Below are positions 11,305 to 20,504 of a stretch of 64,000 bases of DNA, in pieces. The notes under the pieces were generated by a model, which saw only the letters and a program-made list of their open reading frames with translations, made no database searches and was not told the origin of the DNA. Source of the DNA: Bacteroidetes bacterium UBA3022 (GTDB lineage Bacteria > Bacteroidota > Bacteroidia > Chitinophagales > BACL12); assembly GCA_002346225.1 (NCBI GenBank), contig DDYY01000079.1:90588-154587 (forward strand), read 5' to 3'. The translations under genes and the position numbers were made by a program. Position 1 is the stretch's first letter, and each line of letters begins with the position of its first letter.

Positions 11305-12393
11305 ATGCTCAGGTATGTTTCCTTCTTGTTGCTGTTAACCTCATGGAGCTTACCGCTTTGGGGACAGGTACCCGATAGCGCTGCAACAAGGTATTCGGGA
11401 GCGTTGATTGGAGCACCGCTGGTGTATTATCAACCTGAAACAAGATGGGCATTTGGCGGAGGTGCCGTCTATACATTCACAGACAATGAGCAGCCCGACA
11501 ACAACCCCGGTCTGCTCAAAGCACTGATGGTTTACACACTCGAACGGCAGGTGCAAAGCGAGCTGGGCGGAGATCTCTTTTTTCAGAACAACACCTACTA
11601 CCTATCTTTTAACTTCACTTATTACCGATATCCGGGTATTTTTTATGGCATAGGCAATGACAACAGTCTGGATGCCGCGGAGCGCTACACTTTCGACCGG
11701 CCTTATTTCAGGGTTAACCTCAACCGAAAAGTTTCCGGCAATGTCTCGCTGGGGTTTAAGAGTTTTTATGAATACAGCCGTCTTCTGGAGTTTGAGCCGG
11801 GAGGTATCTTCGACCAGATGGATGTTCCCGGTGAGGAAGGTGGGCATAATGTCGGTTTTGGCCCCTGGTTATGGTTCGACAGCAGAGATGATATTTTTTA
11901 TCCCACTTCGGGTTGGAAGGTGGATATTTCCTCGATTTTTCACGGTAACTGGCTGGGGGGTGCCTATAATTATCAGGACCATCAGGTGGAATTCAGCAAA
12001 TACATCCGCACTTACAAGCAGCAGGTGCTGGCTTTTAATTTTTTAGGATTATTCAATCCCGGCAACCCACCTTTTAACAGAATGGCGCTGCTGGGCGGAC
12101 AATACTACATGCGCGGCAACTTCGAAGGCAGATTGCGTGATAAGCATTATATCACCATGCAGGCTGAATACCGCATTCCAGTGTGGCGTTTTATTGGTGC
12201 CACCGCATTCGGTGGTGTGGGTCAGGTGGCGCCCGACCTTCCAGGATTTGCCATAGACAGGATGAAATATTCCTATGGTGCAGGGTTGCGCATGCGCCTT
12301 TTGCAAAAAAGTAATATCAATATCCGATTAGATTATGGTTTTGGTTCGGATGGTGACAGCGGTTTATACCTGCAATTCAACGAAGCATTTTAA
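11305..12393 (+). CDS. Omp85/BamA-like outer-membrane beta-barrel protein without POTRA domains
   Basis: Signal peptide LLLLTSWSLPLWGQ. Alternating beta-strand pattern. C-terminal YGAGLRMRLL...IRLDYGFGSDGDSGLYLQFNEAF ends in Phe. A GTG at 11302 is an alternative start. Confidence 0.65.
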   Translation: MLRYVSFLLLLTSWSLPLWGQVPDSAATRYSGALIGAPLVYYQPETRWAFGGGAVYTFTDNEQPDNNPGLLKALMVYTLERQVQSELGGDLFFQNNTYYLSFNFTYYRYPGIFYGIGNDNSLDAAERYTFDRPYFRVNLNRKVSGNVSLGFKSFYEYSRLLEFEPGGIFDQMDVPGEEGGHNVGFGPWLWFDSRDDIFYPTSGWKVDISSIFHGNWLGGAYNYQDHQVEFSKYIRTYKQQVLAFNFLGLFNPGNPPFNRMALLGGQYYMRGNFEGRLRDKHYITMQAEYRIPVWRFIGATAFGGVGQVAPDLPGFAIDRMKYSYGAGLRMRLLQKSNINIRLDYGFGSDGDSGLYLQFNEAF

Positions 12394-12425
12394 GGTGACC
12401 CGCATTATTCGTTAATTTTACCTCC

Positions 12426-13166
12426 ATGCGCTACATTGCTGATTTAGGAAAGTACATGATTATGCTGGGCAGAATGTTTTCGCGACCGGAACGCTGGAAC
12501 ATGTACTGGAAGGAATTGCTGCGTCAAATGAATGACATCGGCGTTGGATCGCTTTCTATTGTTCTGCTCGCTTCGTTATTCATTGGTGCTGTAACTGCCG
12601 TACAAAGTGCCTATCAGTTATACGGAACCCCTTTTGTTCCACCTTATTACCTGGGTCTGATTGTGCGCAACACAACCATACTCGAGCTGGCTCCCACCTT
12701 TACCTGTCTCATTCTGGCCGGAAAGGTAGGCTCTAATATCGCCTCAGAACTCGGCACCATGCGGATATCTGAACAAATTGATGCCCTGGAAATCATGGGA
12801 GTTCCAACAGAAGCCTACTTGATAACCCCCAGGGTGGTAGCATCTGTAATTGTGGTGCCGCTGATGGTGCTGATAGCTGCCTCAGCAGGTATTGCCGGAG
12901 CCATGTTCGCTGCTCAATTTACAGGTTATGGCTCGCAGCAGGAATTTGTTTACGGACTGCGGGCGTTTTTCGATCCGTTTGATATTCAAATTCTGCTTAT
13001 AAAATCGATCTCATTTGGCTTTATCATCTCCACCATATCCTGCTTCAAGGGCTTTTACGTTTCAGGGGGCGCGCTGGAAATTGGAAAAGCCAGCACCCAG
13101 GCGGTGGTCTTAAGCTGTATTTACGTGCTGCTGGCCGATTATGTAATCGCGGAGGTTCTGTTATGA
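12426..13166 (+). CDS. mlaE: MlaE-family ABC transporter permease
   Basis: 246 aa polytopic protein. Contains the MlaE-like ELGTMRISEQIDALEIMGV motif. Overlaps the downstream ATPase gene by 4 nt. Confidence 0.8.
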   Translation: MRYIADLGKYMIMLGRMFSRPERWNMYWKELLRQMNDIGVGSLSIVLLASLFIGAVTAVQSAYQLYGTPFVPPYYLGLIVRNTTILELAPTFTCLILAGKVGSNIASELGTMRISEQIDALEIMGVPTEAYLITPRVVASVIVVPLMVLIAASAGIAGAMFAAQFTGYGSQQEFVYGLRAFFDPFDIQILLIKSISFGFIISTISCFKGFYVSGGALEIGKASTQAVVLSCIYVLLADYVIAEVLL

Positions 13167-13933
13167 TAGAAGTTCAAAACATCCACAAGTCCTTCAACGG
13201 CACACTGGTGCTTAATGATATTTCAGCTGTTTTCGAGGCAGGAAAAACCAATCTTGTAATCGGTATCAGCGGGTCGGGAAAAACGGTATTAATTAAATGT
13301 ATCGTTGGGCTGCTGCAACCCGATTCCGGCAGGGTGCTCTTCAACGGAGAAGACTTTCGCGCTATGGAGCGCAACCGGAAGAAGGAAGTGCAACGGCAGA
13401 TAGGTATGCTTTTTCAGGGTTCTGCATTGTTCGACTCGCTTACGGTGGAAGAGAATGTAATGCTGCCGCTGAACATGTTCCGCCATGCGACCAAAAAAGA
13501 AAAGCTGGACAGGGTCAATTTCTGCCTCGACAGGGTCAACTTGTCAGGTGCCAATAAGAAGTTTCCCGGGGAAATCAGCGGTGGGATGAAAAAACGGGTA
13601 GGCATTGCTCGAGCGATTGTTCTCGATCCGAAATATCTATTCTGCGATGAGCCCAACTCCGGCCTGGATCCCAAAACTTCGATTGTTATTGATGATTTGA
13701 TCAAGGAGTTGACCGAAGATCTTCAGATTACCACCATTATCAATACCCACGATATGAATTCCGTAATGGGTATTGGTGAGAACATACTCTTTTTGCACAA
13801 AGGTGTTAAGGCATGGGAAGGCAACAGCGGAGAGATTCTCACTGCCCAAAACCCAGATCTGGATTCCTTCATTTTTGCCAGCGAATTCCTGCGGGATGCC
13901 CGTGACTATATGCGCAATAAGAAAGGCCTTTAG
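13163..13933 (+). CDS. ABC transporter ATP-binding protein (MlaF-like)
   Basis: Walker A GISGSGKT, Q-loop, signature ISGGMKKRV, Walker B LFCDEPNSGLD, H-loop THD. Confidence 0.9.
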   Translation: MIEVQNIHKSFNGTLVLNDISAVFEAGKTNLVIGISGSGKTVLIKCIVGLLQPDSGRVLFNGEDFRAMERNRKKEVQRQIGMLFQGSALFDSLTVEENVMLPLNMFRHATKKEKLDRVNFCLDRVNLSGANKKFPGEISGGMKKRVGIARAIVLDPKYLFCDEPNSGLDPKTSIVIDDLIKELTEDLQITTIINTHDMNSVMGIGENILFLHKGVKAWEGNSGEILTAQNPDLDSFIFASEFLRDARDYMRNKKGL

Positions 13934-14044
13934 GCAGCGCTTAGCAACAAAATGTTGGAAAGACTATCTGTCAGAAATCGGTCATGACTTTCCATCCGCC
14001 TTATAACCGTTCATTTTTTTGTAATTTGGACTAAAATTTTCACC

Positions 14045-14953
14045 ATGTTGAATACCCGAACACTCCTCACCGTTTTAGCGCTGACGTTATCTTTGGCTGC
14101 CTGTAGCGACAAAGAAAATCCTGTCAGCTATCTGGACTTCATGCAGCAGGATGATTACCGCATCATGCAGGTTGCCTATTACACGGAAACTGAAGATGGA
14201 GAAGCACTGGCTGTCCGGTTTTACGAAAGCCCGCGCATTTTCGAAGTCAGAAAAGACCTCTCCTATTTCGATGATATGCGCGCCTTACTCGATAACAGCC
14301 AACAGGAAAAAACCCCTGTCAGAATATACAATACAGATAATATAGTCTCTGCAGTGAAGGCTCCTACACAGGCAGACTTACAGCTGTTTGCCGATTGGCA
14401 TCAACCCGAGATTTCTACCCGTATGACGCTGGATTCCGTGATTTCCGGCATTGACGAATTACTGGCCATATGGAACTATATCGATGCACAAGACTGCTCA
14501 AAAGGAACAGCTACCATTGACCAGTGTATCAGTTTTCAATATGTGGTGGACGGCTGTTATGCCCGTGCGCACAAGATGAAACAAATTCTGGACGAAGAAT
14601 ACGGCTACACTTTAGAGAAGTGCTTTAGCTTCGAAGATCCCAGCAGTTTTCTGGCAGTTGATGCCGGAGATTGTTGTGTTTACTGGTGGTACCACGTTGC
14701 ACCGCTGGTGCGGGTCAATACTCCTAAAGGAGAAATGGAACGCCTTATAGATCCCAGTATGTTTGAAAAACCTGTAAGCAAAGAAAAGTGGTTTAAATAT
14801 CAGGAGAACACATCCTGCTCTCCCCTTGCCAACTGGGGTTATTACGAAATCAGACCTGCCAGCTGGTACGGACCGGGAGGAAGCACAGACCCGGATTATA
14901 TCTTCACGAACTGGACGCTCAGCGCTTACGAGGATTTGGTGACCTGCCCTTAA
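14045..14953 (+). CDS. Protein-glutamine glutaminase (protein-glutaminase) family lipoprotein with a pro-region
   Basis: Lipobox LSLAAC. The C-terminal ~185 aa carries DGCYARAHKM (Cys), WWYHVAPLV (His) and RLIDPSMF (Asp). These match the catalytic-triad context I recall for Chryseobacterium protein-glutaminase. Confidence 0.7.
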   Translation: MLNTRTLLTVLALTLSLAACSDKENPVSYLDFMQQDDYRIMQVAYYTETEDGEALAVRFYESPRIFEVRKDLSYFDDMRALLDNSQQEKTPVRIYNTDNIVSAVKAPTQADLQLFADWHQPEISTRMTLDSVISGIDELLAIWNYIDAQDCSKGTATIDQCISFQYVVDGCYARAHKMKQILDEEYGYTLEKCFSFEDPSSFLAVDAGDCCVYWWYHVAPLVRVNTPKGEMERLIDPSMFEKPVSKEKWFKYQENTSCSPLANWGYYEIRPASWYGPGGSTDPDYIFTNWTLSAYEDLVTCP

Positions 14954-16362
14954 GTATCCAGTTTAGCCAAAAGCCATTTAATATCCGCTACCTGACCGGT
15001 GGCGGATATTTTTTGTCTGAGTTTTTCCTTTTTCTCTTTATCGCCCGGTGGAATAGCCAGCATTCTATTTAAGAACCTGACAAAGTTCATATATATTGTT
15101 TTTACATTTTCACTAATGGTCTTGTTCCTTCTAAGGAACACTTTAAAGGCCTCTTGTGCGCTATTCAGGGGATCTATTTCATCCAATTCGTAATAAATCT
15201 TCAGCTGTAATACCCGGCTGTCCAATGCATAAAACACATCGGTGAAAGCCACCTTATTCAGCACCACAAGCGCCTCATCGAATGCACCTTTAGCAAACTG
15301 CAGATAAGCCATATTGTAGTTGTAGGCGTTGTTTCTGAATTTAACATGCAGCAACTGGCGGTATTCTTTTATAAAATTCTCCGCCCAGGGTATTTCGCCC
15401 ACACGAGTGGCCACACTAACGATATTCTTGTAGGTCCACGGACTGATATACCCGTCAATAATTACCAAATCCAGTTCAATGCTGCTGCGGTACAGATTAA
15501 ATAGTTCGGATAGAAAATGGTTATTACCGGCATTGGCTTTTCTGATACAATAGTTCTGCGCATAGGCATACATATCTCTTGCTTCTTCCGGAGGGAATTG
15601 ACCTGCCGCCTTTTCGAGCAAATGTTTCAGTGCAGTAAAATGATCGGGCTGGTCGTTCTCCATGAAAGTCATCAATATGCGGTAGTAAATCATGATGGAA
15701 GGAAAGGCGCTGTAATCGAAGTCCTCCACGTGCTGCCTCACCTCTTTCAGCATCCGCAATTCATACTGACCAGAAACCACTTTCTGGCGGTTAATGAGCT
15801 CACAACTGTACTTCAGCTTGGTAGATATATAAAAAAGATCCAGGTAATTGGCTGCCTCCTGTAAGCTTCTGTCAGATGATCTTTTTTTCTGTTTATCGAA
15901 ATAAGCGTTGAGCTGGTTCTGCAAAAGAAATTCACTGTAATAAAATTCAGTGTTTCTGTAATCTGAACCTTCCAGATATTGCTGTGCTTTTTTGAGGGTC
16001 TGATTGAAAAGCTTATCTACTTCCCAGCGATTATACACCCCCAGCAAAGCGCAGTAACCTTGCAGCTCCTGCTGTTCCAGTTGTTCTAACTTTATAAACC
16101 GCTCCCCCGCATCCAACATGGCACTCATAAGGTAGGTAAGCTTTTTCTCGTCCATTGGTTTGGTCCAGGGCACAGTCTTAATAAACTTCGACCTTTCGAG
16201 CTGCGGACTTTCGAACGCCGGTGCATATTTATTTAAGCCGCTGTAGAACTGCCATAAAGCATCATCCTTAATGAAGTAGGGTGAAGCCAGGAATTCACCA
16301 AAACGCTTCCATTCCTTCTTATCGAAGTGGCGAATTAACTCGAAAAGCTTACTATTTAGCAT
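14950..16362 (-). CDS. Hypothetical all-helical (TPR-like) cytoplasmic protein
   Basis: 470 aa with no signal peptide or TM segment. Repeated helix-pair character, no catalytic motif recognised. Its stop codon overlaps the stop of the convergent glutaminase gene (TTAA at 14950-14953). Confidence 0.65.
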   Translation of the reverse strand: MLNSKLFELIRHFDKKEWKRFGEFLASPYFIKDDALWQFYSGLNKYAPAFESPQLERSKFIKTVPWTKPMDEKKLTYLMSAMLDAGERFIKLEQLEQQELQGYCALLGVYNRWEVDKLFNQTLKKAQQYLEGSDYRNTEFYYSEFLLQNQLNAYFDKQKKRSSDRSLQEAANYLDLFYISTKLKYSCELINRQKVVSGQYELRMLKEVRQHVEDFDYSAFPSIMIYYRILMTFMENDQPDHFTALKHLLEKAAGQFPPEEARDMYAYAQNYCIRKANAGNNHFLSELFNLYRSSIELDLVIIDGYISPWTYKNIVSVATRVGEIPWAENFIKEYRQLLHVKFRNNAYNYNMAYLQFAKGAFDEALVVLNKVAFTDVFYALDSRVLQLKIYYELDEIDPLNSAQEAFKVFLRRNKTISENVKTIYMNFVRFLNRMLAIPPGDKEKKEKLRQKISATGQVADIKWLLAKLDT

Positions 16363-16595
16363 ACTGCTAAGTTCAAAATAAACCGGAATTATTCGGAAAA
16401 CACCTGAATATGTTGGGTGTCAGAACAGCGTAAAATACACCTTAAAACCTGTAAATCAACACTATACACATTTTTCAATCCATATTTTTCAGAACTTAGC
16501 CTTCAAAAAGGTACGGAAAGTGGTGGAAAGACTGGATTTATGTTCTTTTTTGCCCTTATGGAATAGGTTTACTTTACTCTCAGGAACAAATTACT

Positions 16596-17951
16596 ATGCT
16601 ACGCAACTGCACTACATTAATTTTTATTCTCTTTCTGACGGCGGCTAACCACCTGATGGCTCAGGTTGTCGCCAATGCTGATACGATTGGCATTTGCACC
16701 GGATACCCGAATGCCATCAATGTCTTATCGAATGATGAAGGGATTGAACTGGTATTGGAAGATATTCTTGTTCCCCCTTCTACCGGCACAGTAAGTTTTG
16801 ACCCGGACGGCACCATTTCACTGGACTATGCTGTAGCTGCTGATTTCGATCCCGCCGAAGCCCTGATTTACCTGGTAGCTGACAGTGCGGGTAATATTGA
16901 TATCGGGGTTTTGCAAATATTTGTTTCCGATGGACTTGATTGCGTCTGGCCGGGCGATGCCAATGACGACAATATTGCCAACCATCTCGACCTGCTGGCC
17001 ATTGGTTTAGCATATGGCGACACCGGTCCTTTGCGTCCGGATATTTCAGAAGAATGGAACGCGCAATATGCCTTCGAATGGGACTACTCCTCTTTACTGG
17101 CAACACTGAACAGAAAATTTATCGATTGCAATGGCGATGGCATCATTGATGCAGCGGATATCACTCCGATATTAAATAATTATGGTCTGGAGCATGCACG
17201 TACCAGTGCAACAGAGGGAGGTACCGGATTTCCGCCACTCGGTGTAGGCTTTTACAGCGACACCATCTATGCCGGTTCAACAGTAACGATACCTATATAC
17301 CTGGGCACCGAAGATTTACCAGCAGGAAATGTGTATGGTCTTGCCTTTACACTGGGTTATAACTCTGATATCATAGTTCCCGGTTCACTGACCGTTGATT
17401 TCAGCTCCGGCTGGCTGGGTGCTTCTACCATATCACTGGCCCGAACAGATGCTACCGCCAGCTTAACAGATGTGGCTGTGAGCAGGACCAATAAAACATC
17501 TGTAACCGGCTACGGTAATATTGGAACGGTCTCTTTTGTTATGGAAGATAATCTGGCAGGAAGGCTGACTGATATCAGCAGTGTGCTGGAGATTTGTCCG
17601 ATTGAACCAACCATCATCAACGCCCTGGGCAATGCAACACTGGCCGAAGGTATCGATCTCCAATGCGATAGCGTTGTGGTGCTGCAAGTTTCTACTGATA
17701 TTTCTTTAGCGACTTCTCAGCAGTGGAATATTCAACCCAACCCTGTCACCCATGAACTATCCGTAATAACCGATCCGAATACTACTTTGGGTCTCCGGGT
17801 TCAGACTCTGACCGGTCAGCATATAGCAACCTATGCCGTTTCCAGCACAGTTACCGGCATCGACGTTTCTCCGCTCTCACCCGGCACCTATTTCCTTGTA
17901 TTACAACTGCGTGATGGCAGTCAATCCTATAAACAATTTATTAAATTATAA
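16596..17951 (+). CDS. Secreted T9SS cargo protein: cadherin/VCBS-like N-domain, two dockerin-like Ca-binding repeats, cohesin-like domain, T9SS CTD
   Basis: Signal peptide, then INVLSNDEG. Dockerin-like loops DANDDNIANHLDLLAIGLAYG and DCNGDGIIDAADITPILNNYG. Cohesin-like GSTVTIPIYLG...VYGLAFTLGYNSDII. C-terminal WNIQPNPVTHELSV...GTYFLVLQLRDGSQSYKQFIKL. Confidence 0.7.
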   Translation: MLRNCTTLIFILFLTAANHLMAQVVANADTIGICTGYPNAINVLSNDEGIELVLEDILVPPSTGTVSFDPDGTISLDYAVAADFDPAEALIYLVADSAGNIDIGVLQIFVSDGLDCVWPGDANDDNIANHLDLLAIGLAYGDTGPLRPDISEEWNAQYAFEWDYSSLLATLNRKFIDCNGDGIIDAADITPILNNYGLEHARTSATEGGTGFPPLGVGFYSDTIYAGSTVTIPIYLGTEDLPAGNVYGLAFTLGYNSDIIVPGSLTVDFSSGWLGASTISLARTDATASLTDVAVSRTNKTSVTGYGNIGTVSFVMEDNLAGRLTDISSVLEICPIEPTIINALGNATLAEGIDLQCDSVVVLQVSTDISLATSQQWNIQPNPVTHELSVITDPNTTLGLRVQTLTGQHIATYAVSSTVTGIDVSPLSPGTYFLVLQLRDGSQSYKQFIKL

Positions 17952-17961
17952 ATACACACCT

Positions 17962-19965
17962 ATGAAAAATCAATTCTTTTCATTTCTCATTATAGTGATG
18001 ACCACAGCCACGGCATCAGCATGTGAGGCCAGCTTCACCACTGTAGTAGATGGCAGCAGTGTTGCTTTCGATCCTTCCACCTCACCGGGCCCCGGAGATG
18101 TGTTGAGCTACTTCTGGGAGTTTGGCGATGGCAGTGCCAGCTATGACAACGACCCTGTTCACAATTATGCCGAGACAGGAACTTACGTGGCATGTCTCAC
18201 TGTCATTTTCTGGGACAGCTGCACTGCAGTTTTCTGCGATGAAATAGTCATTACGGAAGGAGCAGATTGCACTGCTGAATTTCTTTATGTAGCAGATGGT
18301 TTAGATGTCGACTTCGAAGCGGTAACCTTTCCCGGACCGGGCGACGTTGATAATTATATCTGGTATTTCGGCGATGGTAGTACGGATGAAGGTGATGATG
18401 ACCCCGCTCACGAATATGCAGAACCCGGCACTTATGAAGTTTGTGTGGTTGTGTATTTCGAAGGTGGTTGTGTAGCGGAATACTGCGATGTCATAAGCGT
18501 TGGCCTGGTAGATGGTGATTGTGCAGCTATTATTGAGATATGGGACACCGACGGATTTTCGTATCACTTCTTTGGCTTTGTAGAACCTGAATACGCCGAG
18601 GTAGAGTATACCTGGACATTTGGCGACGGCACCTCCTTTTCTGAAGTATGGTCCAGTGAAGGTTCAGATCCCACGCATGTGTACAGTGAGGCAGGTATCT
18701 ATACTGTTTGTTTAAGTATTGTTACCGGAAGCGGATGTACGGATGAAGCCTGCATCGAAATTATTGTGGGAGACAGCACTGAATCCTCCTGCGAAGCCTT
18801 TTTCAATATCACAGGTATTTTCCCCGATGGTGATGGCTGGGTGGTAAATTTCAACAATGAGTCTGTTGTAACCGGTGGTGCTGTTGGCGAGGTGCTCTGG
18901 TACTTTGGCGATGGTACAGTTGCAGACAGCTATGACGCAGAACACTTCTATGAAGCTCCGGGCACTTACGAAGTTTGTGTAGTTATCATTTCTGCCGATG
19001 GCAGCTGTGTCGACGAATATTGCGTTGACATTACCATAGGTGGAGGAGCAGGCGAATGTGAAGCCGATTTTGATTACGAAACAGACGGATTACTGGTTGT
19101 ATTTGAAGATAACTCTGATGGAATGGGCCTGGCTTATAGCTGGAGTTTTGGTGACGGTGCCATCAGTTACTTAGCCAATCCCGAACATATCTATGCCGCT
19201 CCCGGCGTGTATGAAGTTTGCCTTACCGTATTTGGTTTAGACAGCTGCGTTGATACCTATTGTGAAGAAATAGAAATAGATGGAGCCGGTGAAGATTGTA
19301 TGGCCTATTTTGAAGTAGATGATATTGAGCCAAGTGGAGATGGATGGCTGGTGAGCTTTTCCAATGAATCAGAAGGTGATTATGAAGGTCAGATTTGGTT
19401 GTTCGGCGATGGCGATGGCTCTATCAGCAGCGATCCCGATCATTATTATGCAGCAGCAGGTGTGTATCTAGTGTGTCTTACTATCGGAGATTCTACGCTG
19501 GGTTGTTTTGATACCTATTGCCAGGAAGTGCTGGTAGGCGGATTAGACGACTGTGTGGATCCTGCCCTCATTGACAGCAGTTTTGCCTGCACCGATGAAT
19601 ATGAACCCGTGTGCGGTTGCAATGGCATAACCTACGATAACGCTTGCTATGCAGAGAATTTCGGTGGTGTACTATTCTGGTCAGAAGGCCCTTGCCTGAC
19701 AGATGGTGTTGAAGAAGAAGTGTTGATGGGTATGCGCATTGCGCCCAATCCGGCCAGTAACTTCATCCAGATTCAATGGGAACCTACACCTCAGCCATTA
19801 CAAATGCATGTACTTAATATGACAGGACAAATAGTGTATTCATCATTATTACCTGGCTCCGGAAGATTTCAGCTTGCCACGGATCAGCTGGAGAACGGAC
19901 TGTATATTCTTCAATTCCTTAGCGGCACACACATGTTCACCCAACAGCTGATCATTCAGCACTAA
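17962..19965 (+). CDS. Secreted T9SS cargo protein: six PKD-like repeats, one Kazal-type domain, T9SS CTD
   Basis: Start placed at ATG 17962 (MKNQFFSFLIIVMTTATASA signal peptide); the track ORF start at 17833 overlaps the upstream gene. Six copies of the W/FxFGDG...P.H.Y...G.Y.VCL pattern. PVCGCNGITYDNACYAENFG is Kazal-like. C-terminal RIAPNPASNFIQIQ...GLYILQFLSGTHMFTQQLIIQH. Confidence 0.8.
   Translation: MKNQFFSFLIIVMTTATASACEASFTTVVDGSSVAFDPSTSPGPGDVLSYFWEFGDGSASYDNDPVHNYAETGTYVACLTVIFWDSCTAVFCDEIVITEGADCTAEFLYVADGLDVDFEAVTFPGPGDVDNYIWYFGDGSTDEGDDDPAHEYAEPGTYEVCVVVYFEGGCVAEYCDVISVGLVDGDCAAIIEIWDTDGFSYHFFGFVEPEYAEVEYTWTFGDGTSFSEVWSSEGSDPTHVYSEAGIYTVCLSIVTGSGCTDEACIEIIVGDSTESSCEAFFNITGIFPDGDGWVVNFNNESVVTGGAVGEVLWYFGDGTVADSYDAEHFYEAPGTYEVCVVIISADGSCVDEYCVDITIGGGAGECEADFDYETDGLLVVFEDNSDGMGLAYSWSFGDGAISYLANPEHIYAAPGVYEVCLTVFGLDSCVDTYCEEIEIDGAGEDCMAYFEVDDIEPSGDGWLVSFSNESEGDYEGQIWLFGDGDGSISSDPDHYYAAAGVYLVCLTIGDSTLGCFDTYCQEVLVGGLDDCVDPALIDSSFACTDEYEPVCGCNGITYDNACYAENFGGVLFWSEGPCLTDGVEEEVLMGMRIAPNPASNFIQIQWEPTPQPLQMHVLNMTGQIVYSSLLPGSGRFQLATDQLENGLYILQFLSGTHMFTQQLIIQH
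18022..19551 (+). repeat. Six tandem 80-90 codon PKD-like coding repeats, each with four conserved Cys
   Basis: The repeats cover aa 21-102, 103-186, 187-276, 277-365, 366-445 and 446-530 of the CDS. Each begins with Cys and ends ...VC(L/V)..(7-8 aa)..C...(F/Y/A)C.E(I/V). Confidence 0.8.
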
Positions 19966-19987
19966 TTGTTCATCAAAAACAAAAGCT

Positions 19988-20428
19988 ATGAAGAAATTTC
20001 ATTTTTTAGCCGCCCCTTTTCTTGCTTTAGCATTCAGTTCCTGCACCAGCGAGGACGACACGCTGACCTCCTTAAGTGCAAGTGGTGCCACCACGACAGT
20101 GACCAGCGGAACATGGAAAATCACCCTGTATGACGACAGTGGCAACAATGAAACCAGCGACTATACCAGTTACAGTTTCAAATTTGAAGATGATGGAACG
20201 TTGAAGGCAACTTCCGGAGGTACGACTCACCTTGGCACCTGGAGCATCAGTGATGATGACGACAGCCCGGAAGATATTGACTTGAACATCTTCTTTGCTG
20301 CTCCTGAGAAGTTAGAAGAATTAACTGACGACTGGGATATTCTCGAGTACACCAGCTCTCAAATCCGGCTGCGAGATGTAAGTGGTGGTTCGGGTGAAAC
20401 CGATTTACTAACCTTCGAATTGATTTGA
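19988..20428 (+). CDS. Small acidic lipoprotein (lipocalin-like beta protein?)
   Basis: 146 aa with lipobox AFSSC. GTWKITLYDD and THLGTWSISDDDD strands. Last gene before a strong terminator. Confidence 0.65.
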   Translation: MKKFHFLAAPFLALAFSSCTSEDDTLTSLSASGATTTVTSGTWKITLYDDSGNNETSDYTSYSFKFEDDGTLKATSGGTTHLGTWSISDDDDSPEDIDLNIFFAAPEKLEELTDDWDILEYTSSQIRLRDVSGGSGETDLLTFELI

Positions 20429-20436
20429 TATTAAAG

Positions 20437-20458
20437 CCCGGAATATTCCGGGTTTTTT
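20437..20458 (+). terminator. Rho-independent terminator
   Basis: CCCGGAA-TA-TTCCGGG hairpin (20437-20452) followed by TTTTTT (20453-20458), 9 nt after the stop codon. Confidence 0.8.
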
Positions 20459-20504
20459 GTTGAACAAAATGCCCATTTAATTGTAGTAAAACAAATACTT
20501 ACAT

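Noticed and set aside
17833-17961. 43-codon N-terminal extension of the PKD protein ORF
   Set aside because: It overlaps the 3' end of the upstream CDS in another frame. The internal ATG at 17962 gives a textbook signal peptide.
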